Positions 1 through 8,216 of a stretch of 25,426 nt of DNA are shown here, piece after piece; position 1 is the first letter of the stretch; each line of letters opens with the position of its first letter. This DNA comes from a virus (Duplodnaviria; Caudoviricetes), in the IMG/VR virus record IMGVR_UViG_3300020566_000012, positions 1 through 25,426 of that record, one strand, 5' to 3'. Under the pieces are notes generated by a model. It did no database searches and was not told where the DNA came from. It was given only the letters and a program-made list of their open reading frames with translations. Made by a program: the position numbers and the translations under genes.

Positions 1-320
1 CCCCGGGAATGCCGCCCGAGCAGACGGTCAGGAACTGGCACATCAGTGACATCAACGGGTTTGCTGCGAAATACGCACAAGCGAGGATTGCCCAGGCCCA
101 CCGATGGGCCGAGGAGATCGTCACCCTGTCCGACATGCCACCGCCGCTCACCCCGGACGGGCGCTACGACTCCGGCGCAGTCGCCCACCAGCGCCTCATG
201 GTCGATACCCGCAAGTGGCTCCTGGCCAAGGTCCTGCCCAAGGTCTACGGCGACCGCGTCAGCCTTGACCACGGCGGCGGCATCGTCCTGAACGTCATCA
301 CCGGCGTCCCGGATGCCTGA
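1..320 (+). CDS. terS: Terminase small subunit, Sf6 gp1-like (probably 5'-truncated by the window edge)
   Basis: The frame is open back to the window start. Motifs MPPEQTVRNW...FAAKYAQAR...AEEI..LSD and RLMVDTRKW.LAKV.PK.YGD match Sf6-type TerS. It overlaps the TerL start. Confidence 0.85.
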   Translation, partial: PGMPPEQTVRNWHISDINGFAAKYAQARIAQAHRWAEEIVTLSDMPPPLTPDGRYDSGAVAHQRLMVDTRKWLLAKVLPKVYGDRVSLDHGGGIVLNVITGVPDA

Positions 321-1638
321 GACGATCCGGCTCGGATACGAGCCCAGGGCGTGGCAGCGCAAGTGCCACCTCGAGCGCCGCCGTTTCACCGTCCTCGCCC
401 TGCACCGACGCGCCGGGAAGACCGAGCTGGCGCTCATGGAACTCATGCACCGAGCGGTCAAGTTCACCGACGAACTGGGGTTCTTCGTATACGTCGCCCC
501 GTTCCTGAAGCAGGCCAAGGCCATCGCCTGGGCGCGATTGAAGCAGAAGCTCGACCCGTTCATCCGCACCGCCGCCATCGAGATCAACGAGGCCGACCTG
601 GCCGTCACGTTCAAGCACAACAAGGCCACGATCCGCCTGTTCGGCGGCGACAACCCTGACGCACTCCGCGGCGTGCGCCTCGACGGCTGCGTCATCGACG
701 AGGTCGCGCAGATCAAGCCCGAGGTCTGGAACGACATCCTCCAGCCCGCCCTCTCCGACCGCAAGGGATGGGCCATGTTCATCGGCACCCCCGCCGGGAT
801 CAACCTGTTCAGCGAGCTGTTCTACCGGGCAGGCTCCCTGCCCGACTGGTATGCGGCGAGGTACACGGTCCACGACACGGACGCGCTCGACGCCGAGGAG
901 GTCGCACGCCTACAGCGCGACATGCCCGAGCAGGCGTTCGCCCGTGAGTACCTCTGCGACTTCAGCGCCGCCGGCGATGACCAGCTCATCAGCCTGTCCG
1001 AGGCAGACGCCGCCGCCAGCCGCCGCTACCCGGACGGGGACGTCCTCGAGTTCCCGCTGGTGATCGGCGTCGACCCGGCCCGGTTCGGGGATGACCGCAG
1101 CGTCATCGTCCTGCGCCAGGGACTGCGGATGGAAGACCCGGTCATCCGGCAGGGGATCGACAACATGAACCTCGCGGCCATCGTCGCCAGCATCATCGAG
1201 GACCGCGACCCGGACGCCGTGTTCATCGACGCAGGCGCCGGCTCGGGCGTCATCGACCGCCTGCGCCAGCTCGGCTACGAGGTCACCGAGGTGCCATTCG
1301 GCGGCAAGGCCACGTTCCCCAACCTGTTCGTCAACAAGCGCACCGAGATGTGGTGGGCCGTCAAGGAATGGCTCGAGAACGGCGGCAGCATCCCGCAGGA
1401 CACGACCCTCAAGCAGGAACTGTCGACCCCGATGTACTGGTACGACGCGGTCGGCAAGCGCGTCCTGGAGTCAAAGGACGAGATCAAGAAGCGGCTCCAG
1501 GGCGGCGGCAGCCCGGACATCGCGGACGCGCTCGCGCTCACCTTCGCCTACCCGGTCGCCAAGATGCTGCCTCGCGAGGTGCGCGAGCGGCTCGACCCGA
1601 AGCCCAAGGACTACGACCCGTACTCCGAGATGCGGTGA
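313..1638 (+). CDS. terL: Terminase large subunit
   Basis: Walker A (HRRAGKT), Walker B (LRGVRLDGCVIDE), coupling motif (FIGTP), and nuclease acidic motifs (IGVDPARFGDD, SPDIADALALTF). Confidence 0.96.
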   Translation: MPETIRLGYEPRAWQRKCHLERRRFTVLALHRRAGKTELALMELMHRAVKFTDELGFFVYVAPFLKQAKAIAWARLKQKLDPFIRTAAIEINEADLAVTFKHNKATIRLFGGDNPDALRGVRLDGCVIDEVAQIKPEVWNDILQPALSDRKGWAMFIGTPAGINLFSELFYRAGSLPDWYAARYTVHDTDALDAEEVARLQRDMPEQAFAREYLCDFSAAGDDQLISLSEADAAASRRYPDGDVLEFPLVIGVDPARFGDDRSVIVLRQGLRMEDPVIRQGIDNMNLAAIVASIIEDRDPDAVFIDAGAGSGVIDRLRQLGYEVTEVPFGGKATFPNLFVNKRTEMWWAVKEWLENGGSIPQDTTLKQELSTPMYWYDAVGKRVLESKDEIKKRLQGGGSPDIADALALTFAYPVAKMLPREVRERLDPKPKDYDPYSEMR

Positions 1639-1670
1639 GTACCCGTAACCGATGATGGGAGGAATACAGT
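1638..1670 (+). promoter_or_regulatory. Putative late promoter copy 1: AGTACCCGTAA-N16-TACAGT
   Basis: The same 11-mer occurs at 1638, 4898 and 22564, each followed after exactly 16 nt by a TANNNT hexamer. Confidence 0.65.
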
Positions 1671-1671
1671 C

Positions 1672-2124
1672 ATGCCCGTAAGGCTCGCGACTGCGGACGA
1701 TCTCGACGTGATCGCCGCGATGGGACAACGGTTCTTCGCAGGCACCCGCTATGCAGCAGCACTTTCGCCCAGTCACGAAGACATGCGCGCCTCCATTGGC
1801 GCCATCTTCGAGCATGGTCGTGTGTGGGTGGCGGAAATTGACGGCGTGGTTCGCGGCTTCCTTGCGGTTGTTGTCCAGCCCGTCTGGTTCAGTCCCGGAA
1901 CCCGCATCGCCCTCGAAACGGCGTGGTGGATGGACGAGGAGCACAGGGGCCGGCCGGAAGGGGTGCGGCTCCTGTTCGAATTCGAGCGTTGGGCCAAGGA
2001 GCAAGGCGCGAAAGTCATCTGCATGTCGGACATCGTCCTCGAAGGGGAAAGCGCGGCAGAGCGCATCCTGACGAGGCTTGGATACAAGATCACCGAACGG
2101 ACGTTCACGAAAGGACTGCAATGA
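1672..2124 (+). CDS. GNAT-family acetyltransferase
   Basis: GNAT motifs VRLATADDL, VWVAEIDGVVRGFL, WWMDEEHRGRPEG and LTRLGYK. A GGGAGG RBS lies at 1657-1662. Confidence 0.85.
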   Translation: MPVRLATADDLDVIAAMGQRFFAGTRYAAALSPSHEDMRASIGAIFEHGRVWVAEIDGVVRGFLAVVVQPVWFSPGTRIALETAWWMDEEHRGRPEGVRLLFEFERWAKEQGAKVICMSDIVLEGESAAERILTRLGYKITERTFTKGLQ

Positions 2125-2612
2125 TCGTGATGGAAGGACACTCGCTTCGCCGCCGCCGCGACCTCGCCGCACGCCGTGAACGGCATGTCGTTGGCTCGAT
2201 CATCGGAGGGGTCATCGGCGCGATCACGTCCGCAATCGGCGGCCTCGCCGGGATCGCAGGCGGCGCAGCCGCGGGCTCGACGCTCGCGACCGGGCTCGCA
2301 GCCGCAGGAGCGGCCACCGCAGCCGCCGGCACGGGATACGCCATCGCGGCGGGCGAGAGCGGCAAGAAGGCGCAGGCGCAGGCAATGAAGGAGCAGCGCA
2401 CCGCGCAGGAAGCCACCGCAGCGCAGGCACGCAGCCAGCAGCGTCAGTCGCAGCAGGCGATGGCAGCCGCCACCCGCGCACAGCCGGACGTCGCTGGAAT
2501 CATGCAGCAGGCGGGCGCCGAGGGCGGCCCGTCAACGACCATGCTCACCGGGCCGATGGGCGTCAACCCGCAAGACCTCCAGCTGGGGCGCCAGACGCTC
2601 CTCGGAGGCTGA
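2121..2612 (+). CDS. Small Gly/Ala-rich virion protein preceding the portal
   Basis: ATG at 2121 overlaps the GNAT stop (ATGA). The protein has a hydrophobic Gly/Ala tract, a Gln/Ala coiled region, and the C-terminus TMLTGPMGV...LGRQTLLGG typical of the pre-portal gene of such podoviruses. The track ORF 1923..2612 appears over-extended. Confidence 0.7.
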   Translation: MIVMEGHSLRRRRDLAARRERHVVGSIIGGVIGAITSAIGGLAGIAGGAAAGSTLATGLAAAGAATAAAGTGYAIAAGESGKKAQAQAMKEQRTAQEATAAQARSQQRQSQQAMAAATRAQPDVAGIMQQAGAEGGPSTTMLTGPMGVNPQDLQLGRQTLLGG

Positions 2613-4331
2613 GTGAGCCAGTACGTCGGCGACGGCCAGAGCTACGAGGACGCGCCCACGCGGGACAAGCTGTTCACCCGCTGGGGCCAGCTCAAGTCTG
2701 AGCGTGCGTCCTGGTACGCGCACTGGCAGGAGCTCACGTCCTACATCCTGCCGCGCAACGGCCGCTACTTCCGCCAGGACCGAGACAAGGGCTGGCGCCG
2801 CCACAACAACATCTACGACAACACCGGGACGCGTGCGCTCCGCACGCTCGGCGCCGGCATGATGTCGGGCGCCACGAGCCCGGCCCGCCAGTGGTTCCGG
2901 CTCGCCACGCCAGACCCTGAGTTGAACTCCTTCGACCCGGTCAAGCTGTGGCTCGATGACGTCACCAAGCGCATGCAGCGCGTGTTCCAGAAGTCGAACA
3001 CCTACCGCTCGCTGCACATGATGTACGAGGAGCTCGGCACCTTCGGCACCGCAGCGTCCATCGTGCTCCCGGACTACGAGCAGGTCATCCACCACTACCC
3101 GCTCACCTGCGGCGAATACTGCATCTCGACCGACGCCAAGGGCCGAGTCTGCACGCTCTACCGCGAGTTCGACATGACGGTGTCGCAGATCGTCAAGGAG
3201 TTCGGCCTCGAGAACTGCTCCGTCACCGTGCGGAACATGTACTCGAACGGCACCCTCGACCAGTGGGTGCCCGTGATCCACGCCATCGAGCCGCGTGCAG
3301 ACCGCGACATGGGCAAGCGCGACTCGCGCAACATGCCCTACGGGTCGTGGTACTTCGAGGTCGGCGGCGAGGACGGCAAGTTCCTGCGCGAGAGCGGGTT
3401 CATGCAGTTCCCGGCCGTTGTCCCCCGCTGGGCCGTGGTCGGCGGCGACATCTACGGCCACAGCCCGGGCATGGAGGCGCTCGGCGACGTCAAGCAGCTC
3501 CAGCACGAGCAGCTCCGCAAGGCGCAGGCCATCGACTACCAGACGAAGCCGCCCCTCCAGGTGCCGGCGTCGATGAAGAACCGCGACATCGAGATGCTCC
3601 CGGGCGGGATCTCCTACTACGACGGCGCGGCCAACAACGGGATCAAGACCGCGTTCGAGGTGAACCTCAACCTCCAGTACCTCCTGAACGACATCATGGA
3701 CTGCCGCGAGCGCGTGCGGGGCGCGTTCTACGCGGACCTGTTCCTGATGCTCGCCAACGCCGGCCCGAACACGCGGATGACCGCAACCGAGGTCGCAGAG
3801 CGCCACGAGGAGAAGCTCATCATGCTCGGCCCCGTGCTCGAGCGCCTGCACAACGAGCTGCTCGCCCCGCTCGTCGACACGACCTTCACCCGCATGGTGC
3901 AGGCCGGGATCGTCCCGCCTGCGCCGCAGGAATTGCAGGGAATGGACCTGAACATCGAGTTCGTGTCCATGCTGGCGCAGGCGCAGCGCGCCATCGGAAC
4001 GAACGCCGTCGACCGCTTCGTCGGGAACCTCGGCGCCATCGCGCAGATGAAGCCCGACATCCTCGACAAGTTCGACCAGGACGAGTGGGCCGACGTGTAT
4101 GCCGACATGCTCGGCATCGACCCGGCGCTCATCATCGCGGACAAGGACGTCGCGCTCATCCGCCAGGCGCGGGCGCAGGCGATGGCCGCGAAGGAGCAGG
4201 CGGCCGTCATGCAGCAGCAGTCGCAGACGGTCAAGAACATGGCGCAGTCGCCGACAGGCGGCGACAACGCCCTCACCGACATCACGAACATGTTCTCGGG
4301 GTATGGCTCCCCGAGCCCGGTGGAGCTCTGA
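2613..4331 (+). CDS. Portal / head-tail connector protein (T7 gp8 / BPP-1 type)
   Basis: 572 aa with a GTG start after GGAGG. Motifs YG.SPGMEALGDVKQLQ, MTATEVAERHEEKL.MLGPVLERL and L.IEFVSMLAQAQ. Confidence 0.95.
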   Translation: MSQYVGDGQSYEDAPTRDKLFTRWGQLKSERASWYAHWQELTSYILPRNGRYFRQDRDKGWRRHNNIYDNTGTRALRTLGAGMMSGATSPARQWFRLATPDPELNSFDPVKLWLDDVTKRMQRVFQKSNTYRSLHMMYEELGTFGTAASIVLPDYEQVIHHYPLTCGEYCISTDAKGRVCTLYREFDMTVSQIVKEFGLENCSVTVRNMYSNGTLDQWVPVIHAIEPRADRDMGKRDSRNMPYGSWYFEVGGEDGKFLRESGFMQFPAVVPRWAVVGGDIYGHSPGMEALGDVKQLQHEQLRKAQAIDYQTKPPLQVPASMKNRDIEMLPGGISYYDGAANNGIKTAFEVNLNLQYLLNDIMDCRERVRGAFYADLFLMLANAGPNTRMTATEVAERHEEKLIMLGPVLERLHNELLAPLVDTTFTRMVQAGIVPPAPQELQGMDLNIEFVSMLAQAQRAIGTNAVDRFVGNLGAIAQMKPDILDKFDQDEWADVYADMLGIDPALIIADKDVALIRQARAQAMAAKEQAAVMQQQSQTVKNMAQSPTGGDNALTDITNMFSGYGSPSPVEL

Positions 4332-4332
4332 C

Positions 4333-4908
4333 GTGGGATTCCTGAAGCAGGGATTCCCGTGGATCTACGACAACGCATCGGGCGACATCGTCGGCGTCAA
4401 GGATCCTGACGGCAGCGAGACGTACTTCTCGAGGGCGCCGTACATCGGGTCGTTCTACGACGTCTCGAACCAGCCGGCGTCCGCCAACACCGAGACGCTG
4501 ATGGAGTGCGACAGCGTCGACATCTCACGCGGCGTCGTGATGGTCGACAACACGAAGATCACCGCCGGACGCACGGCGACATACAACATCGCCTTCAGCG
4601 CCCAGTTCGCGAACTCCGGCAACGACGAGCGCGAGATCAGCATCTGGCTCGCCAAGCAGGGCGCCGCACTCGCCAACTCCAACACGATGGTCACCATCCT
4701 CAAGAAGCACGCCGGAGGCAATTCGTTCCTCGTCGCGGCGTGGAACTTCTTCGTGGACCTCGACCAGGGCCAGTACGCGCAGATCTACTGGTCGGTCAAC
4801 GGGACCGGGGTGTCGATGGCCTACACCGGGACGCAGACCACGCCGACCCGCCCGGCCACGCCGTCCTTGATCATCACCGTGAACGAGGTCGATGGTCAGT
4901 ACCCGTAA
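4333..4908 (+). CDS. Hypothetical protein with a predicted C1q/TNF-like beta-sandwich (possible decoration or adhesin)
   Basis: GTG at 4333 follows GGAG and the portal stop, giving 191 aa. The strand pattern IGSFYD...TYNIAFSAQF...ISIWL...AAWNFFVDL..GQYAQIYW...PSLIITV fits this fold. The track ORF 4099..4908 appears over-extended. Confidence 0.65.
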   Translation: MGFLKQGFPWIYDNASGDIVGVKDPDGSETYFSRAPYIGSFYDVSNQPASANTETLMECDSVDISRGVVMVDNTKITAGRTATYNIAFSAQFANSGNDEREISIWLAKQGAALANSNTMVTILKKHAGGNSFLVAAWNFFVDLDQGQYAQIYWSVNGTGVSMAYTGTQTTPTRPATPSLIITVNEVDGQYP

Positions 4909-4930
4909 GCAACCAACGCGGGACTACATT
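4898..4930 (+). promoter_or_regulatory. Putative late promoter copy 2: AGTACCCGTAA-N16-TACATT
   Basis: Same 11-mer and spacing as the other copies. It precedes the Bbp19-like/scaffold/capsid genes, with the ATG 5 nt after the hexamer. Confidence 0.7.
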
Positions 4931-4935
4931 CGCCG

Positions 4936-5286
4936 ATGAGCACGAATTACGACCCCCTCGACCTGCGCGGGCAAGAGCGCGACCGAGCCGACAAGGAGCT
5001 CAGGGAGCGCCTGGACAGGCAGAACGAGGAGGCCGACGTGAAGTGGCTCATGTCGCAGAAGCGCGGCAGGCGCATGGCCTGGCGCATTCTCGACCACGCG
5101 GGTGTGTTCCGATCTACCTTCGCGGCCAACGCCATGCAGATGGCATTCGCGGAAGGGAACCGGAACGGCGGATTGAGGCTCCTCGGCCTCATCCACTCCG
5201 CGTGCCCCGAGCAGTACCACGTGATGATGAAGGAACACCAGGATGACGGAACCAACGATGATGGAAACAGCCGCGGCAATCACTGA
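4936..5286 (+). CDS. Bbp19-like conserved phage protein
   Basis: Motif DVKWLMS..RGRR..WRIL..AGVFRSTF....MAFAEGNRN.GL, and position between portal and scaffold. Confidence 0.8.
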   Translation: MSTNYDPLDLRGQERDRADKELRERLDRQNEEADVKWLMSQKRGRRMAWRILDHAGVFRSTFAANAMQMAFAEGNRNGGLRLLGLIHSACPEQYHVMMKEHQDDGTNDDGNSRGNH

Positions 5287-5929
5287 AGCAGCTGCACCAT
5301 CGACGGCCCCGGACAGCGTGGCGGCGACGGCCGACAAGCTCTACGGGAACACGCAGAAGGCTCCCGCGACCCAGGACCGGCAAGCCGCCGATGCGGCCCC
5401 TGCCGGAAAGGAACCTGCGCCGGCCGCCGCCGAGGAGGCCAAGGCACCCGCCGAGGCACCCAAGGCGCCGGAAGCCTACGAGTTCAAGGCGCCCGAGGGT
5501 CGAGTGTTCGACTCGGAGGTCATGGCCTCGTACTCGCAGGTGGCAAAGGAACTGAACCTGTCGCAGGAGTCCGCGCAGCGCCTTCTCGACGCAGTCGGCC
5601 CAAAGATGGCCGAGCGCCAGATGGCGATGATCGAGGCCACACGCAACGGCTGGGCCGACAACTCCAAGTCCGACCGAGAGTTCGGCGGCGAGAAGCTGTC
5701 GGAGAACCTGGGCGTTGCAAAGAAGGCGCTCGATGCGTTCGGCACCACCGAACTCCGCACGCTGCTGAACGAAACCGGACTCGGAAACCACCCGGAGCTC
5801 ATCCGGTTCATGTTCCGAGCCGGCAAGGCGATCAGCGAGGACCGCATGGTTTCCGGCTCGGCCACGCAGGCCAAGGCCGGGCCACGCAGCTTCGCCGACC
5901 TCGCCGAGGCTCTTTACTCAAACACCTAA
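5243..5929 (+). CDS. Capsid scaffolding/assembly protein
   Basis: Ala/Pro/Glu-rich N-terminus with motifs APEAYEF, AKELNLSQE.AQ.L and TGLGNHPELIR....GKAISED. It lies directly upstream of the capsid gene. Confidence 0.85.
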   Translation: MTEPTMMETAAAITEAAAPSTAPDSVAATADKLYGNTQKAPATQDRQAADAAPAGKEPAPAAAEEAKAPAEAPKAPEAYEFKAPEGRVFDSEVMASYSQVAKELNLSQESAQRLLDAVGPKMAERQMAMIEATRNGWADNSKSDREFGGEKLSENLGVAKKALDAFGTTELRTLLNETGLGNHPELIRFMFRAGKAISEDRMVSGSATQAKAGPRSFADLAEALYSNT

Positions 5930-5950
5930 CCCAACAAGGGAACCACAGCA

Positions 5951-6988
5951 ATGGCAACTCTCTCCACTTCCAACCTGACCCTCGCGGACTGGGCCAAGCG
6001 CACCGATCCCGAGGGCAACGTGCCCATCATCGCCGAGCTCCTGTCGCAGTCGAACGAGATCCTCGAGGACTGCGTCTTCAAGGAGGGCAACCTCCCGACC
6101 GGCGAGCGCGTCGTGATCCGCACCGGCCTGCCCCAGGTCTACTGGCGCGCCCTCAACCAGGGCATCCCGAACAGCAAGTCGACGACCGCCCAGGTCGACG
6201 AGGCCTGCGGCATCCTCGAGGCCCGCAGCGAGGTCGACAAGGACCTCGCCATGCTGAACGGCAACACCGCCCAGTTCCGCCTGTCGGAGGACACCGCCTT
6301 CCTCGAGGCGATGAACCAGACGATGGCGAGCACGATGTTCTACGGCAACCCGGCGACCGACCCGAAGCAGTTCCTCGGGCTGGCCCCGCGCTACTCGGCG
6401 CTCACGGGTTCCAACAACAGCGTGAACATCCTCAACGGCCTCGCCGGCGGCGGCTCGTACTCGGGCACCGCGAACACCTCGGTGTACCTGGTGGTCTGGG
6501 GCGACAACACCGTCTACTGCCCCTTCCCCAAGGGCTCGACGGCCGGCCTCATGCACGAGGATCTCGGCGAGCAGACCGTCTACAACTCGGACGGCACGCG
6601 GCTCCAGGCGTACTCCACGCGCTACCAGTGGAAGAACGGCCTGGTCGTGAAGGACTGGCGCTACGTCGTGCGCATCTGCAACATCAACACGACCGACCTG
6701 CTCGCGCAGTCGAACGGCCAGGCGACCACCTCGGCCAGCAACCTCATCCGCCTCATGGCGCGTGGCCTGTACCGCATCCCGAACATGGCGATGGGCCGTG
6801 CCGCGTTCTACATGAACCGGACCGTGCACAGCGGCCTGTCGATCATGGCGCTCGACAAGAGCCAGGCGGTCGTCAAGGTGAACGAGGGCCTGTCGCAGTT
6901 CGGCACGCCGTACAGCTGGCTGTCGTTCCTCGGCGTCCCCTGCCGTCGCGTCGATTCCATCCTCAACACCGAAGCCGAAGTCAGCTGA
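5951..6988 (+). CDS. Major capsid protein (BPP-1 Bbp17-like)
   Basis: 345 aa with motifs TLADWAKR.DP, E.LSQSNEILED, RTGLP, F.GLAPRY, TS.YLVVWG and GLVVKDWRYVVRICNI. Strong codon bias and an AAGGGA RBS. Confidence 0.93.
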   Translation: MATLSTSNLTLADWAKRTDPEGNVPIIAELLSQSNEILEDCVFKEGNLPTGERVVIRTGLPQVYWRALNQGIPNSKSTTAQVDEACGILEARSEVDKDLAMLNGNTAQFRLSEDTAFLEAMNQTMASTMFYGNPATDPKQFLGLAPRYSALTGSNNSVNILNGLAGGGSYSGTANTSVYLVVWGDNTVYCPFPKGSTAGLMHEDLGEQTVYNSDGTRLQAYSTRYQWKNGLVVKDWRYVVRICNINTTDLLAQSNGQATTSASNLIRLMARGLYRIPNMAMGRAAFYMNRTVHSGLSIMALDKSQAVVKVNEGLSQFGTPYSWLSFLGVPCRRVDSILNTEAEVS

Positions 6989-7018
6989 CCCGCACACTCC
7001 TGAAGGGAGACACCCACA

Positions 7019-7477
7019 ATGATTACTGACGTCCTTCTCACCGTGTCCGGGTCCAACACCCCCGGCTCGGCCATCTCGGGCCAGGCCATCACGGCCGACG
7101 CCTACAGCACCGACACCATCGACCTCGGCACCGCTCGCGACATCGGCGAGGGCCACCAGCTCTACATGGTGTTCACCGTCGTGACCACGTTCAACACGCT
7201 CACCAGCCTCGACCTCGAGGTGGTTTCGTCGGCGAACGCGAACCTCTCGTCCCACACCGTCCTCGCGGAGACGAACGTCCTGCTCGCCGGCCTGACCGCC
7301 GGGAAGCAGTACGTGGTCGCCATCCCGCCGCAGATCGCAAGCCTCGGCCTGCGCTACCTCGGCGCCCGCTACGACGTCAACGGCACCAACCCCACGACCG
7401 GCAGCATCCTGGCTCAGATCGTCATGGACATCCAGGACGGCAAGAAGTTCTACGCCAGCGGCTTCACGGTCGCCTGA
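7019..7477 (+). CDS. Capsid cement/decoration protein (Bbp16-like)
   Basis: Follows the capsid gene. Motifs QAITA.A.STDTIDLG..RDIGEG..L and RYLGARY.V.G...T.G.I.A.I. Confidence 0.85.
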   Translation: MITDVLLTVSGSNTPGSAISGQAITADAYSTDTIDLGTARDIGEGHQLYMVFTVVTTFNTLTSLDLEVVSSANANLSSHTVLAETNVLLAGLTAGKQYVVAIPPQIASLGLRYLGARYDVNGTNPTTGSILAQIVMDIQDGKKFYASGFTVA

Positions 7478-7489
7478 TAGGAGCATCAC

Positions 7490-7687
7490 ATGGCAATGGT
7501 CAAGGCATTGGTCGACTGCTTCGTGGACAACGGGCTTCGGAAGGCGGGCGAGGAGTTCCGCTACTCCGGCCCTGCTCTCCCCGACGTGATCGAGTTCATG
7601 GACGGCGGCCCCGTCCTCGACGCCGCCGAGCCGGAGCGCAAGCTGCGCCCCGGACGGAAGCCCAAGGCCGAAGCCACGCCGAACTGA
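7490..7687 (+). CDS. Small hypothetical protein, probably virion-associated
   Basis: AGGAG RBS, phage-like codon usage, 65 aa, and a basic C-terminal tail (RKLRPGRKPK). Confidence 0.7.
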   Translation: MAMVKALVDCFVDNGLRKAGEEFRYSGPALPDVIEFMDGGPVLDAAEPERKLRPGRKPKAEATPN

Positions 7688-7711
7688 TGCGTGCCTGAGT
7701 TCGCGAACAAG

Positions 7712-7742
7712 GGAGGGGGGCCGTCCACGCCGGCCCCCCTCC
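7712..7742 (+). terminator. GC-rich hairpin at the end of the capsid gene block (terminator or mRNA-stabilising stem)
   Basis: Perfect 12-bp stem GGAGGGGGGCCG / CGGCCCCCCTCC with a 7-nt loop. There is no clear U-tract, so it is probably leaky. Confidence 0.6.
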
Positions 7743-7762
7743 TGTCACGAAGGGAGCGAGCA

Positions 7763-8215
7763 TTGGGTTACGTCGGCAAAGATCCGAAGAAGTGCACGCG
7801 CTGCGGCGAGTTCAAGCCGCGTTCGGATTTCTCCAAGCACGCCGTGGCAAAGGGTGGAGTGCAGTCGACATGCAAGCCTTGCTCCGCAATGATTGCAAAG
7901 ACGCGATATAAAAAGCACCCACTGCGACACGCGCAAATTAGACGTAATGCCAAATTGAAGGCAACGCACGGAATCACCAGCAGCGATTATCAGGAAATGC
8001 TGGAGCAGCAGAATGGCAAGTGCGCCATTTGCGGTACGACAGATCCTGGTGGTCGAAAGGGATTGTGTGGTCCAGTGTTTCACGTGGACCATTGCCACAG
8101 CAGCGGAAATATTCGTGGACTGCTGTGTCACTCATGCAACGTTGGGCTCGGGAACTTCAGGGACAGCGTGACCGCCTTGGCAAACGCCATCGCGTACCTC
8201 GGAAGGAGCGAATAA
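7763..8215 (+). CDS. Endonuclease VII-type HNH endonuclease (probable free-standing homing endonuclease)
   Basis: Motifs CTRC...CKPC, then QNGKCAIC...HVDHCHSSGNIRGLLCHSCNVGLG. AT-richer than neighbours. The likely start is TTG at 7763 after AGGGAG, because the track start at 7691 runs through the hairpin. Confidence 0.88.
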   Translation: MGYVGKDPKKCTRCGEFKPRSDFSKHAVAKGGVQSTCKPCSAMIAKTRYKKHPLRHAQIRRNAKLKATHGITSSDYQEMLEQQNGKCAICGTTDPGGRKGLCGPVFHVDHCHSSGNIRGLLCHSCNVGLGNFRDSVTALANAIAYLGRSE

Positions 8216-8216
8216 C

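Noticed and set aside
6986-7021. Capsid and cement genes are in the same frame, so a capsid readthrough extension is conceivable
   Set aside because: A second in-frame TGA lies at 7001-7003, the cement gene has its own RBS, and no slippery site is evident.
7691-7762. N-terminal extension of the HNH ORF given in the track
   Set aside because: It runs through the GC hairpin and lacks an RBS, whereas TTG at 7763 has AGGGAG at a suitable spacing.
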